Assembly (NCBI GenBank): GCA_951406725.2
Contig: OX597838.1
Span: forward strand, 18,352,001 to 18,416,000
DNA length: 64,000 nt
Source: Octopus vulgaris
Lineage: Eukaryota
Direction of reading: 5' to 3'
Shown here: positions 13,788 to 27,599 of the stretch, piece after piece
Layout: each line of letters begins with the position of its first letter
Numbering within the stretch: the first letter of the stretch is position 1
Translations under genes and position numbers: made by a program
Notes under the pieces: generated by a model
Databases searched by the model: none
The model's input: the letters and a program-made list of their open reading frames with translations, nothing else
Told to the model about the DNA's origin: nothing

Positions 13788-14105
13788 TTCTGTATACAAA
13801 CATATATACATATACACACACATATGTATGTATGCATACATATATTAACACACATAGAGAAACCGCATTTCATTTTCTTTTCATTCCGTCCGTGTAGCTT
13901 AAGGTGCGATGGAACAATCTGTGAGCGAATCACATCTCCAACGTAATATTTTTCAAATGACATTTAGAACGAATTCATGGCAAGGAATCAATTCTGCCAA
14001 TCAGATTTTTATTTGGATTACAAGTGACCAATTTTGACAAAAAAAAATAATCTTCAAACCAGTAATGACAGAAGATAGAAGAAATGACAAAGATGGCGGA
14101 GAAAG

Positions 14106-14167
<62 letters not shown>

Positions 14168-14217
14168 TATATACATATATATATACATATATATATACAT
14201 ATATATAATATACATAT

Positions 14218-14279
<62 letters not shown>

Positions 14280-14282
<3 letters not shown>

Positions 14283-14698
14283 CGCAGGAGTGGCTGTGTG
14301 GTAGGTAGCTTGCTAACCAACCACATGGTTCCGGGTTCAGTCCCACTGCGTGACATCTTGGGCAAGTGTCTTCTGCTATGGCCCCGGGCCGACCAAAGCC
14401 TTGTGAGTGGATTTGGTAGACGGAAACTGAAAGAAGCCTGTCGTATATATGTATATGTATATATATGTATGTGTGTCTGTGTGCCTGTGTTTGTCCCCCT
14501 AGCATTGCTTGACAACCGATGCTGGTGTGTGTTTACGTCCCCGCCACTTAGCGGTTCGGCAAAACAGACCGATAGAATAAGTACTGGGCTTACAAAAAAA
14601 AGAATAAGTCCCAGGGTCGAGTTGGTCGATTAAAGGTGGTGCTCCAGCATGGACGCAGTCAAATGACTGAAACAAGTAAAAGAGTAAAGAGTAAGAGT
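14280..14698 (+). mobile_element. SINE family A
   Basis: Full match. Confidence 0.85.
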
Positions 14699-15107
14699 AT
14701 ATATATATATATATAGAAACCTCAATAGAATTTTTGAAATCTTGATCGACATCAGCACGAGCGAAACTAGTATATCGACTTTTTCTTCATCGGCTGCTGA
14801 AGTAGTACTATAAGAACGTCAGAGCTGACATGAATATCTTGGTAACATTTTCATGAAATTTACTGATGTCATCAATGACATTCCATTTCAGTCCGCCGCC
14901 CCCCTCCAATTCGTCCAGCTCCGCTCCACGCCGACCAACTACACCAAATCTCGCATGACTCAGACAATTATGTAAATGTGCTTACATGGAAATCGACCAT
15001 CATAAATAAGTATGTATGCGCCGCATGATCAATGTGTGGCCAATGCGTATTTAGTTGCAGCGAGGGTATTGCCCTTTGCGGTCACTCATGTCTCTGTATG
15101 GTCATTT

Positions 15108-15194
<87 letters not shown>

Positions 15195-15406
15195 GAAAAA
15201 AATTATCCTACATTAGATGTTAATTTAACAGTATTCACTTCCGGACTCTCAGTGTACGAGGGTTTTTAGTTCGAATCACACGTGTCTCGAGATGGGCTAG
15301 AGAGTTTCTATTTTGGATATATTTGGCGTACTTAATTGTGCTCATGACTAAGTGTTCGCTCCTTCCATGGGTATAAGTAAGTATTTCACCTATTTCTTTG
15401 CCGCAT

Positions 15407-15467
15407 TTATCACTGATGAAGGGAAGGTTCTTATGAACTAACTCTGAAATCGGGTCCGATATGGTAA
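15407..15467 (+). ncRNA. Type I hammerhead ribozyme motif inside a (TA)n-flanked insert (~15192-15612)
   Basis: ttatca-CTGATGA-aggg aa ggttc ttat gaact aa ctct-GAAA-tcgg gt ccga-TA-tggtaa. All three stems pair; cleavage triplet AUA. Confidence 0.8.
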
Positions 15468-15634
15468 TAACGGGATTTTTTTAGAAATTTCTGTCGGCTT
15501 TCTTCGAAACGCGTGCTTGTGGTGATAAATTACATGTTTATTGACGTTGTGTCTATTTTCGGCATATTTTGGTATTAGAAATTTTTTCTTTTGCCCTTAC
15601 TTATAGATTGTATATATAAATATATATGTATTTA

Positions 15635-15923
15635 TGCGCCATTTTCAAGCCTAGCCAGGCTCATGGGTCCGGTTTCCCGGTTTCTGTGGCGTATGTGTTC
15701 CCTCCAGCTGGATGGGACGCCAGTCCATCGCAGGAAGAGAGAATGAGAGAAAGTTGGGGCGAAAGAGTACAACAGGGGTCGCCACCCCCGCCCTGTCGGA
15801 TCCTCGTGGAGCTTTTAGGTGTTTTCGCTCAATAAACATACATACACAACGCCCGGTCTGGGAATCGAAACCGTGATCCTCTGACCGCGAGTCCGCTGCT
15901 CAAACCACTGGGCCATTGCACCT

Positions 15924-15926
<3 letters not shown>
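15635..15926 (-). mobile_element. SINE family C head with tail type 3
   Basis: C head at 15850-15926. Tail CCTAGCCAGGCTCATGGGTCCGGTTTCCCGGTTTC is shared with 26245. Confidence 0.75.
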
Positions 15927-15992
<66 letters not shown>

Positions 15993-16213
15993 TACATACA
16001 TACATACATATACATATGCACATATGTGCTTTTAAACAGTTTGATTCGGTTCCGTGTGACCTAAAGTTCTAAAGCCTGAAAGGGATGGGCTCTGTTAGAA
16101 ACCTGCGAAACTTGAAGTCACACGCAACCGAATCCAGCAGTTTTTAATAGTACATGTAACTCCTACTAATTATGTTGAGTGCCTTTTCTTTTGTTTGTCC
16201 ACTCACTCGTATA

Positions 16214-16264
<51 letters not shown>

Positions 16265-16272
16265 GTCTGTGT

Positions 16273-16450
16273 GTGGAGGCGCAATGGCCCAGTGGTTAGG
16301 TCAGCGGACTCGCGGTCGGAGGACCGCGGTTTCGATTCCCAGACCGGGCGTTGTGAGTGTTCATTGAGCGAAAACACCTAAAGCTCCACGGGGATCCGAC
16401 AGAGAGTGGTGGCGAACCCTGCTGTACTCTTTCGCCATAACTTTCTTTCA
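16273..16450 (+). mobile_element. SINE family C (3' truncated)
   Basis: C head, oriented head-to-head with 15635-15926. Confidence 0.8.
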
Positions 16451-16451
16451 C

Positions 16452-16522
<71 letters not shown>

Positions 16523-16543
16523 GTCTGTCTGTCTGTCTATCTG

Positions 16544-16607
<64 letters not shown>

Positions 16608-16910
16608 ACATACTATAACTTCATTTCTTTTTGTTTGTGTCCATGTTTCTAAGTACGGATGTATAGGTGTATGTCTCTGCCGAAATACCTAATCCTGTGT
16701 TTATGCAACCGTACGCTGAATTCTGATGTTCTTCTATAACAATATTAGTCTTCTGTTCGGTGCATATACAGTATTTGTATTGCATCATATTGATGTCTAA
16801 CATCCCATGTGTAGGATATGTTTACGACGATCTATATTAGATTCAGTTTGATCGTATGTTGCGCCGTATATGTATGCTTCAGAAAACACACACACACATA
16901 CAGACACACT

Positions 16911-16981
<71 letters not shown>

Positions 16982-16984
<3 letters not shown>

Positions 16985-17700
16985 CGGTCTCCCGAGGCCA
17001 GGAACATGATCCTTGCCGCAAGACAGCTTCAAGAAAAATGTCTGGAACAAGATAAAGACCTCTATAATGTATTCATCGACCTAACCGAGGTCTCTGACAA
17101 TGTAAGCGGAAAATAATGAAGAAATTTGGTTGACCAGACAAGGCCATTAACATGCTGCTGTTATTTCACGATGGCATATCACAAGCTGGTATCTTGTATG
17201 ACGGAGAATCTTCGGCGCCTATCCCTGTAATCAATGGCGTGAAACAGTGTTGTGTTGCAGCAACCATGCTCTTCATAGACGTTTAGTGCAATGCTTCACG
17301 TTACATTTTCCCATGGAACACCTGGCAACCAGATCAAAAGATGATGGTAGTCTTTTTATCATCAGCCACCTGAAAGCAAAGAACAAAACCCGGGTCACTA
17401 CCACAAGGGAGTTCTTTTTTCGGACGCAAACTCTGAAACAGAGCTTAGACAACTTTGCTTCAGTTGGAGATAACTTCGATTTTGCAACCAGTCTCAAAAA
17501 CAGCCCGCTTCCGGAAAAAGAAAAAAAACCTTAGATGAAACACCCTTCACAGTCGACAATCAACTTCAAGTTCTAAAGAGTTTCGACAACATTCGTAATT
17601 ACACTGTCAAAAGTATTGATGATTAACTGAACACAAGGATAGAAAAATCCAGCTCTGCCTTTGGACGTCTTCATCACAAGGCTTGGGAAAGATCATCACA
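16982..17700 (+). mobile_element. Decayed RTE-clade (BovB-like) LINE RT fragment
   Basis: MILAARQLQEKCLEQDKDLYNVFIDLT...KKFG*PDKAINMLLLFHDG...INGVKQCCV...IEKSSSAFGRL; contains stops and frameshifts. Confidence 0.85.
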
Positions 17701-17709
17701 AACGAAATA

Positions 17710-18335
17710 CGTATTTCTTTACTACTCACAAGGAGCTAAACACAGAGAGGACAAACAAGGACAGACAAACAAATTAAGTCGATTATATCGATCCCCAGTG
17801 CGTAACTGGTACTTATTTAATCGACCCCGAAAGGATGAAAGGTAAAGTCGACTTCGGCGGAATTTGAACTCAGAACGTAAAGACAGACGAAATACCTATT
17901 TCTTTATTACCCACAAGGGGCTAAACATAGAGGGGACAATCAAGGGCAGACATAGGTATTAAGTCGATTACATCGACCCCAGTGCGTAACTGTACTTAAT
18001 GTTTCGACCCCGAAAGGATGAAAGACAAAGTCGACCTCGGCGGAATTTGAACTCACAACGTAACGGCAGACAAAATACCACTAAGCATTTTGCCCGGCGT
18101 GCTAAACTTACTTATATCTTTACTACCCACAAGGTGCTACACACAGAGGGGACAAGCACGGACAGACAAACGGATTAAGTCGTTTGTATCGTCCCCAGTG
18201 CGTAACTGGTACATATTTAATCGAAGCCGAGAGCATGAAAGGCAAAGTCGACTTCGGCAGAATTTGAACTCAGAACATAAAGACAGACGAAATACCGCTA
18301 AGTATTTGCCCGGCGTTCTAACATTTGTGCCAGCT
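17710..18335 (-). mobile_element. Tandem trimer of SINE family B
   Basis: Three ~190-215 bp units, each starting TTTCTTTA(C/T)TAC(C/T)CACAAGG on the plus strand. Confidence 0.8.
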
Positions 18336-18867
18336 TGCAGTCTTACTCAGTTAATATATTGAGTTTTGTCTTGTATCTAAAGTAACAGAGAGCCTTATAT
18401 TATTTTCATAGTTTTACTGGAGTGTGTGATGTGATTTAAAGTTAATAAAGATCCAGCGATTACACAGGCCATGGCTTTTTCTTTCGCTGCCTTATTTTTC
18501 ATTTTTTTTTTTCCAGCTAATAGCAGCTTCTTTTATATTAAACAACTTCTGTTGAACCCTTTTGATTAAATAAATTAGCTTTCATTTATAGAGAAATCGA
18601 TTTTCTTGACATTTCTAAATTTATCAATGAATCCCAAAAACCTTTAACAAAATGTAAACAAATAATACGAAATTAAAAGCGTTATATTAAAGTGTGGTCT
18701 CGCTCATCGCGGAACACGGGAATTTAAAGTAAAATGAAAAGGAAAATGGTAAAGAACGAGAAAAGAAAATGACGGAAACGATGAAATGGTATTTCTGAAC
18801 ACTCAGGAACCATATTAAAGGGAAACTCTGCAAACTAAGATAAAAACTGCATGTGGTGACGTACACA

Positions 18868-18934
<67 letters not shown>

Positions 18935-19057
18935 AAACACACACACATATATATATTCCCCTAAAAATGGGGAATAGGCCTGGTTATATCTACCACATTC
19001 ACTGAAAAGGCTTTTGTCGTCCAACGGCTACATAGTAGCGGACACTTGTCCAAGATG

Positions 19058-19355
19058 TGAAGGCACATGGCCTAGTGGTTAGAGCAGCGGACTCGCGGTC
19101 GAGGGATCGCGGGTTAGAATCTCAGACCGGGCAATGTGTGTGTTTATGAGCGAAACACCTAAGCTCAACGCCGCTCCGGCAGAAGGTAATGGCGAACTTC
19201 TGCTGACTCTTTCGCCACAACTTTCTCTCACTCTTTCCTCCTGCATCTTGCAGCTCACCTGCAACGGACCGACGTCCCGTCCAGGTGGGGAACGTATACA
19301 CCAAGGAAACCGGGAAACCGGCCCTTATGAGTCAGGCGTGGCTCGAGAAGGAACA
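19058..19355 (+). mobile_element. SINE family C-like head with tail type 3 (related copy at 45243-45513, minus strand)
   Basis: TGGCCTAGTGGTTAGAGCAGCGGACTCGCGGTCG head and GAAACCGGGAAACCGGCCC tail. Confidence 0.75.
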
Positions 19356-20141
19356 CGACTTGTTCAAGATGCCACACAGTGAGACTGAACTCAAGACCAT
19401 GTGGTTGGAAAACAAACGTCTTATCATACAACCAATTCATTTCTTGAAGGGTTTCCAGAGCGGACATTAAGATTATGAACTAATTAAATTTACAAATAAT
19501 AGAATGGAAATAATAGATTAAAAACCCTTTCGGATAGAAACATTTCGAAGGGTGGCCATAGGACTCAAGCCCACATATAATGACGTCAACAATAGGTGAG
19601 TGAATGTGCGTGTGTATGCGTGTGTGTGTGTAATATTTTAAGACTTGCGCTATGCAATGTGTTTGGGTGGAAATGGCGTCGGTAATATGAGAAACGCAAC
19701 CGGAAGTCTCCATAGACAAGAACTAAAAATCAATTTATTCTAATTAATAGCTATTTGTGCGTCTGTATGTGTCTATGTAAGAATATATAAATGTATGTAT
19801 GTATATATGTGTGTATGTGCGTATGTATGTAAGTATATATACATACTTACATGTGTACATGCGCGCGTTTATGTGTGTATGTATGTATGTATGTATGTAT
19901 GTATGTATATATATATGTATGTATGTATGTATGTATTTGTATGCATGTATGTATGTATGTATGGATGTATGTACGTATGTATGTATATATATATGTATGT
20001 ATGTATGTACGTATATATTTGTATGTATGTATGTATGTATGTATGTATGTATGTATGTACGTATATATTTGTATGTATGTATGTATGTACGCATATATTT
20101 GTATGTATTTTTGTATGTATGTATGTATGCATGTATGTATG

Positions 20142-20173
<32 letters not shown>

Positions 20174-20269
20174 AATGTATGTATTATGTATATGTGCAGA
20201 TTTGTATATTTCGTTTTATGTATGTATTCTGATGCATATAGTTCCATATCTAGACATGTTCATAGATAT

Positions 20270-20500
20270 TTAAATGATAAACTTCTGGAAAGTTTTACAG
20301 ATTTTTACACTTCCAATGATGGATTGGATCTGTAGACTTCGAATTAGCTTTCTCATTTCTGTCTCTGAGAAGCCTAATTTCTCAAGATTTGTATTTAGGC
20401 AGTGTGTTATATATTCCAGTCTCCCAATAATTACAGGTGTAAACCTGAACTCGTAATCTGGATAGAGTATCTGCAGATTGCTCGATAGTTCAACGTAGGT
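20270..20500 (-). mobile_element. RLE-clade LINE C-terminal fragment
   Basis: End of ORF 20270..20953(-): YVELSSNLQILYPDYEFRFTPVIIGRLEYITHCLNTNLEKLGFSETEMRKLIRSLQIQSIIGSVKICKTF, embedded in (TATG)n. Confidence 0.7.
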
Positions 20501-21221
20501 ATTCTGTATGTATGTATACGTGTGTGTATGTATGTATGTATGTATGTAAGTATGTATGTATGTATGTATGTATGTATGTATGTATGTATGTATGTATGTA
20601 TGCATGTATGTATGTATGTGTGCGTGTGTGTATGTATGTATGTATGTATGCATGCATATATGTATGTATGCATGCATGTGTGTATGTATGCATGTATGTA
20701 TGTATGCATGCATGTATGTATGTATGTATGTATGTATGTATGTATGTATGCATGTATGTATGTATGTATGTATGTATGCATGCATGCAGGTATGTATGTA
20801 TGTATGTATGCATGCATGCATGTATGTATGTATGTATGTATGTATGTATGTATGTATGTATGTATGTATGTATGTATGTATGCATGTATGTACGTATGTA
20901 TGTATGTATGTATGTATGTATGTATGTATGTATGTACGTATGAATGTATGCATGTATGTATGTATGTATGTATGTATGTATGTATGTATGTATGTGAGTG
21001 AGTGAATGAATTACGTTTCCAAACGATATATTCTACATGCATTGGATAGTCGTTCTCTAGCTTAGAATTAAACATCGCACGCATAGAATACACCGCAAAA
21101 AATATCATTTGGCCGGTACTTCAGAACCAAGTTTGATATTTGCATAATATTGTTGTGTGTGTATATTATTCCGACCTAACGAGGTGCCTCCATTTAAGTA
21201 CCTAATCCAACTGAATCTTAC

Positions 21222-21403
<182 letters not shown>

Positions 21404-21404
21404 G

Positions 21405-21435
<31 letters not shown>

Positions 21436-21489
21436 TTGTTTGTGTATGCACAGATAAGAATTTATAAGTACTTTCTTTTCTTTCTTTCT

Positions 21490-21715
21490 TTCTTTTACTT
21501 GTTTCAGTCATTTGATAGTGGCCATGCTGGAGCACCGCCTTTAGTCGAGCAAATCGACCCCAGGACTTATTCTCTGTAAGCCTAGTACTTATTCTATCGG
21601 TATCTCTTTTTGCCGAACCGCTAATTTACGGAGACGTAAACACACCAGCATCGATTGTCAAGCGATGTTGGGGGGGGGGGCAAACACAGACACACAAACA
21701 CAGACACACAAACAT

Positions 21716-21758
<43 letters not shown>

Positions 21759-21928
21759 CATATATACGACGGGCTTCTTTCAGTTTCCGTCTACCAAATC
21801 CACTCACAAGGCTTTGGTCGGCCCGAGACTATAGTAGAAGACGCTTGCCCAATGTGCCATGCAGTGGGACTGAACCCGGAACCATGTGGTTGGTAAGCAA
21901 GCTACACTTACCACACAGCCACTCACAC
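21490..21928 (-). mobile_element. SINE family A
   Basis: Full reverse-complement match. Confidence 0.85.
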
Positions 21929-22472
21929 AAATAAAGACATATAAAAGAGTGAGTCTAAAAGGAATATAGATATAGAAATTCATTAATCGCGAGCATAAAC
22001 CCATACGTTAAAGGAGGACAACACTAAATAATGGCCGGTTAGAGTCGCTTGTCAACATCGATTATCTTCTCACTGGACATCCGGGACTTTCCTCTGCATA
22101 ACGGCTATAAGCTGTACGCATGCGCGTAGACACAGCTAGATTATTGCGTTCGATAGGCACATAAGTTGTGTACTGAAAAGCCACGTTAGCTATTCACCTA
22201 TCTAACCTGATACTCGAGCGGATTCAATGCTAATTGGCGTTGAGTGGATAAAAATCTTCTAATTAGTAGAGATAATTAGAAAACATATAATACACTAATT
22301 AAATGCAGCTATATATCATTACTGTATATATAAATCGATAGTTCATTATGTAAAACTTGTATATGCGTGTGTGGGTGTGTGTGCGTATGTATGTATATAA
22401 TATTATATAACATATTTATCTATATATATTGTGTTATACATGTTATATATAACGTATTATATTATATATTTT

Positions 22473-22521
<49 letters not shown>

Positions 22522-22587
22522 GTATTACATATATATATTATATATGTATTATATAAATATTTTAAATTATACATACATATATATATG

Positions 22588-22634
<47 letters not shown>

Positions 22635-22906
22635 TGAAGCTATGGTCCAGGAAATAGATGGTAAATGTTTTTATTTTTCATTCCCTTCGAGATTTTATCC
22701 CTAATTAGTGGTTTGGACTTTAGCTGTTCCTTCTAGCGTAAGGGAGTCCTATGATGGGTTCCCCTTAATGTGTTTAAATGTACACTGTATTTTATATGAA
22801 TGATATATAGTCTATTGACTAATTTTTCTATACGCTAGGCCACTGGTAGTAAAAATTTCTAAAATCTTCATTACCCTGATATTATTAATTACATATATAT
22901 GTATAT

Positions 22907-22997
<91 letters not shown>

Positions 22998-23417
22998 CAT
23001 ACATACATACATACATACATACATACATACATACATACATACATACATACATACATACATACATACATGCATGCATACATACATACATACATACATATAT
23101 AGGCAAATGAATGATAACAAAAGACGAAATTCAAAATCCAATGCAACAAACGTCCCAGGGTTGTTCCCGGTTAATAGGATTAGTTTGACCCCCGAAGGAA
23201 AAAGTTATGAAGTTGAAATTAAGATTATAAGTATAATGTGTCAGACATAGCCATTCGTCGGTTATTCAGATAAAAGTCCGGAGAAGAGGTGTACGAATGG
23301 AGGAGAAGAGAAAGTAAAAGAGAGCCGGGGAAAACAAAAACGCACACGTGATTAAGTCACATGTTCGATAGCAGACTAACCGGAAGTGGAGAGGTGGTTA
23401 TGTTTTTGAAATGACCA

Positions 23418-23775
23418 GAAGTGGCTGTGTGGTAAGTAACTTGCTTACCAAGCACATAGTTTCAGCTTCAGTCCCACTGAGTGTATTTGGGTGTCCCACT
23501 GAGTGTATTTGGCCGACCAAATCCTTGTGAGTGGATTTGATGGACGAAAACTGAAAGAAGCCCCTCGTATATAATATATGCATTTGTGTGTGTGTTTAAG
23601 TGTGTTTGTCCCCACCACCATCGCTTGACAACCGATGTTGGTGTGTTTACATCCCCGTAGAATTAGCGGTTTGGCAAAAAGAGACCGATAGAATAAGTAC
23701 AAGGATTACGAAGAATACGTCCTGGGGTCGAGTCGGTGCCCCAGCATGGCCACAGTCAAATGACTGAAACAAAGA
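23418..23775 (+). mobile_element. SINE family A (diverged)
   Basis: Head, body and tail present, with a small internal duplication GTCCCACTGAGTGTATTTGG. Confidence 0.8.
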
Positions 23776-24934
23776 AAAGAAAAACAAAAGGATAGTACAT
23801 ATTAGTGTGTGTATATGTGCATATGTTTGTGTGCGTATGTGTGTCTGTGTGTTTGTATGTGTGCGCGTCTGATTGTCTGCGTATGTGTGTGTATGTGCGT
23901 GTGAATATGTGCGCGGAGAGATTAGCGAGTACATGTGAAGGTACCTGTGCACATAGTGTGTATGCGTATGTCTGTGTGTTAGCGTGTGAGGTAGTGTTAG
24001 GCTGACATAAGTCTGTGTAGTATCTGATATACAGATCGTCGTACATAATTAATGTTTTAATCTCCATACGTTTTATTTTTCTGAGAAGGAACCGTTCCCA
24101 AGAGAAAATGAATTATTTTTCAAATAGCTTTCTGTAGATATCCATTGATAATTTTAACACAGTACGTACACAAAAATATAAAAGATTTTACGTTTTTCAA
24201 TATATTCTTAGGCGTGTTTCATTAATGAAAATGTGCCTCATGCAAAATATTACGTTACATCATCAGATCATCAGAAATTTTATAACAAACAAGAAATGAT
24301 CTCTAGTTATTTTATTGTAGCTTGATAGAAACAACAGTCCTGCAGATTTCACTTGTGTGAGAAGAGTCAAATTCTGTAAAGCTGTAAAGCAGATATAATT
24401 ATAAAGATTTAGAATGAGTTTTTTTCGGTGATACACAATCTTTAATGATCTGATGTAACACTTTGCACGCCAAACACTTACATTAAAGAAATACATCTAA
24501 GTATGTATTAAACAAATGTAAAAACGTAACCCCATTTTTCATATATGTTTATTTACATATATACAGACAGACATACATACACACACACACACACACACCT
24601 ACACATATATATATATATATATACATGTATATATAATATATATTTATATATATATAAATATATATTTACATTACAATCATATAGATGTATGCATCTATGT
24701 TTATATATGTATGTATGCACACACACACACACACATATATGTGTGTATATATATATATTTACATTACAATTATATAGATGTATACATCTATGTTTATATA
24801 TGTATGCATGCACACACACACATATATAAATATATATGTATATATATATATATATATATACATTACAATCATATAGATGTATGCATCTATGTTTATATAT
24901 GTATGTATGCACACACACACACATATATATATGC

Positions 24935-24983
<49 letters not shown>

Positions 24984-25100
24984 CATTTATGTACACATAT
25001 TTACATATATGAGTATGTTTGTTTATACCTCAGTGTGTTTATGTGTAAGAATACTTGCATGTGCCTGAACCTGCATATTAGTTATATTACATTGTGGATG

Positions 25101-25131
<31 letters not shown>

Positions 25132-25136
25132 CACAC

Positions 25137-25228
<92 letters not shown>

Positions 25229-25249
25229 CAGTTAGACTGACGAAAGGGG

Positions 25250-25572
25250 ACTATAGTCACCAGGACACAATCATTTCCTTTCAATGGCTGATGTGCATAA
25301 TTTAGCCCTGTTTGGCTATCATCCGTTCCCCAACATGAAAAGTCACTTGGCTATGATCCAATATCGCAGTGATAATGACGTCATTTCAGCTATTGCTGAT
25401 ATTTCTGACCAACAGGGTGGAAACGTCTTCACCAATGGGATCTAAACACTGCAACACCGATGGAAAAAGTGTACAGACCGCAAGGGGAATTATGTTGAGA
25501 AATTAACCTCATTTGGTCACATCACACGAGAGAGTCTTGGCCAACCTATGAACTTTTCAGTCAACATTCGTA
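25250..25572 (+). mobile_element. Decayed mariner transposase C-terminus with probable right end
   Basis: LALFGYHPFPNMKSHLA...FTNGI*TLQHRWKKCTDRKGNYVEK matches mariner DLAPSDYHLF...RWxKCxxxxGxYxE. Ends AACTTTTCAGTCAACATTCG-TA. Confidence 0.8.
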
Positions 25573-25768
25573 ATCTTTATAAACCTATGTTACTTAGCTT
25601 GTCTATTTTTCATATAATGGATATGATTTATCCAGGAAGTATTTGTTATGGTTTTCAAACATTTTCTTCCCATCTTTATTATATAGCAAATGTCCATATC
25701 TTTATTTATGGTCTGCTGGAAATCTATAAGGAGATACTCAGAGTGAAGTTTTGGATTTCATCTGCTAA

Positions 25769-26139
25769 TCTCTCTATATATAAAATGCAGTTTGTCTGTG
25801 TGTGTGTCTGTGTGTCTGTTAGGTTGTACCCTCACCCTGACCACGGCTTTCAACCGATTCTGATGAAACTTGATACACACATAATTAAAAACTAACGCAG
25901 CGAAAATTTTGAAAAGTTCCCCCAGTTCTGAAAAAAATCGATAAATTCGACATGGGGTCGAGAATCAGAAACACAAACCACAGACTGTCTAGGGGACGCA
26001 ACTCGACATTTTAACTCTCAAAAAAAATTTACCATAATTTTTTTTCCATTTCTTTGCTATTTTTTTGGCTATAACTCTCTAAAAATGCTTTATAGTTATT
26101 TCCCTTACAAACCCGAGCAACGCCAGGTGATACTGCTAG
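25769..26139 (+). mobile_element. Non-autonomous Helitron-like element
   Basis: 5' TC (TCTCTCTATATATAAAATG), subterminal imperfect GC hairpin ACCCGAGCAACGCCAGGT, 3' CTAG, inserted between A and T without a target-site duplication. Confidence 0.7.
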
Positions 26140-26229
26140 TATATTATATATGTACTTTAAGTATTACATTTCGCAATCAAGCCGAACCTTCGAAGTCACT
26201 TCAAACTTTTCAAACAAATAAATAAATAA

Positions 26230-26478
26230 ATGCGCCCTTTTAAAGCCTAGCCAGGCTCATGGGCCCGGTTTCCCGGTTTCAATGGCGTATGTGTTCCCCA
26301 GCTGGACTGGACGCCAGTCCATCGCAGCGTTACTCATTTTTGCCAGCTGAGTGGACTGGAGCAACGTGAAATGAAGTGTTTTGCTCAAGAACACAACGTG
26401 TCGCCCGGTCCAAGAATCGAAACCACAATCTTACGATCATGATGCTGACACCCTAACCACTAAGCCACGCGCCACCAC
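26230..26478 (-). mobile_element. SINE family D head/core with tail type 3
   Basis: tRNA-like head at 26405-26478, core CAGCTGAGTGGACTGGAGCAACGTGAAATG, tail shared with 15635. Confidence 0.75.
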
Positions 26479-27599
26479 TTATAAATACGTAGTCTACTAA
26501 AATATAATGCGTAATCCTTTAATTTAATGTCAAATTGCTTTTATATATAAATTCACATTAAAAACAAACGTGTTAATATATATATATTAACGTTTAATAT
26601 ATATATATATGGTGTGGCTAAAGATTTCGCTGGAATCCCCGAAGAAGCTTTGTTACGAAATGAATTGTATTGATAATTATTTAATTATCTTTTTTTTTAA
26701 TTAACTAATTAAAATAGATATAATCTTAGTAATTGAGCAGAAACATATGTCGGGAAATTATTTATTTATATGGATGAATAAATAAAGGGTTATTATATCT
26801 GTTTCCATTGTCTACCTTATTATATATTCTCGGGACCTACTACTTTAAGTAATTTGACTGGAATTAATACTATGCGTGGTCAGAACCAAATTTGAGACAG
26901 AATTGATATCTACATGGATTTGTCTCCCTAATTTGCTATTTATATATGTATATATGTATATACATACACACATGTATATACATATATATATGTACCTACA
27001 TACACACATGTATATACATATATATATATGTACATATATATGTATACATATCTATATATGCATATATATACACACATAAAATACATATACATGTCCTTTT
27101 CTCTCTGTTTGTTCCCCTACTATCGCTTGACAACCGATGTTGGTGTGTTTACGTTTCTGTACCTTTTGCGGTTCGGCAGGAAAGCCCGATAGAATAAATA
27201 CTAGGCTTACAAAGACTAACTGCTGCAGCCGATTTGCTCGACTAAAGGCGGTGCTTCAGCATGGCCGCAGCCAAATGACTGAAACAAGTAACAGAGTAAA
27301 AGCGTATATGACTCTCGCTGCTGCGTGTGTGAGTGAGTCTGATTTGTGTGCACGCGTGTCTGTGTATGCCTAATCCATGCGAGTGTGTATATTCACATGG
27401 AGCGCATGTGTGTATGCGTGTATGTGTATGTGTGTATACATGTGCGACGTGCGCATGTGTGAACAGTCAATGTTTATAAGATATCTTTAAGTTAATTAAG
27501 TTAAGATACAATTACAATTGTCAAGTAAATTGATAACATTGTATTTAATTAGCTGTAGTGTTGCGTTGTGTACAAAGGTGGCGCTGGTGTTGCTGTTGG

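Noticed and set aside
16273-16350. tRNA genes at SINE heads
   Set aside because: A and B boxes are present, but the sequences run into SINE bodies and lack an intact cloverleaf with terminator.
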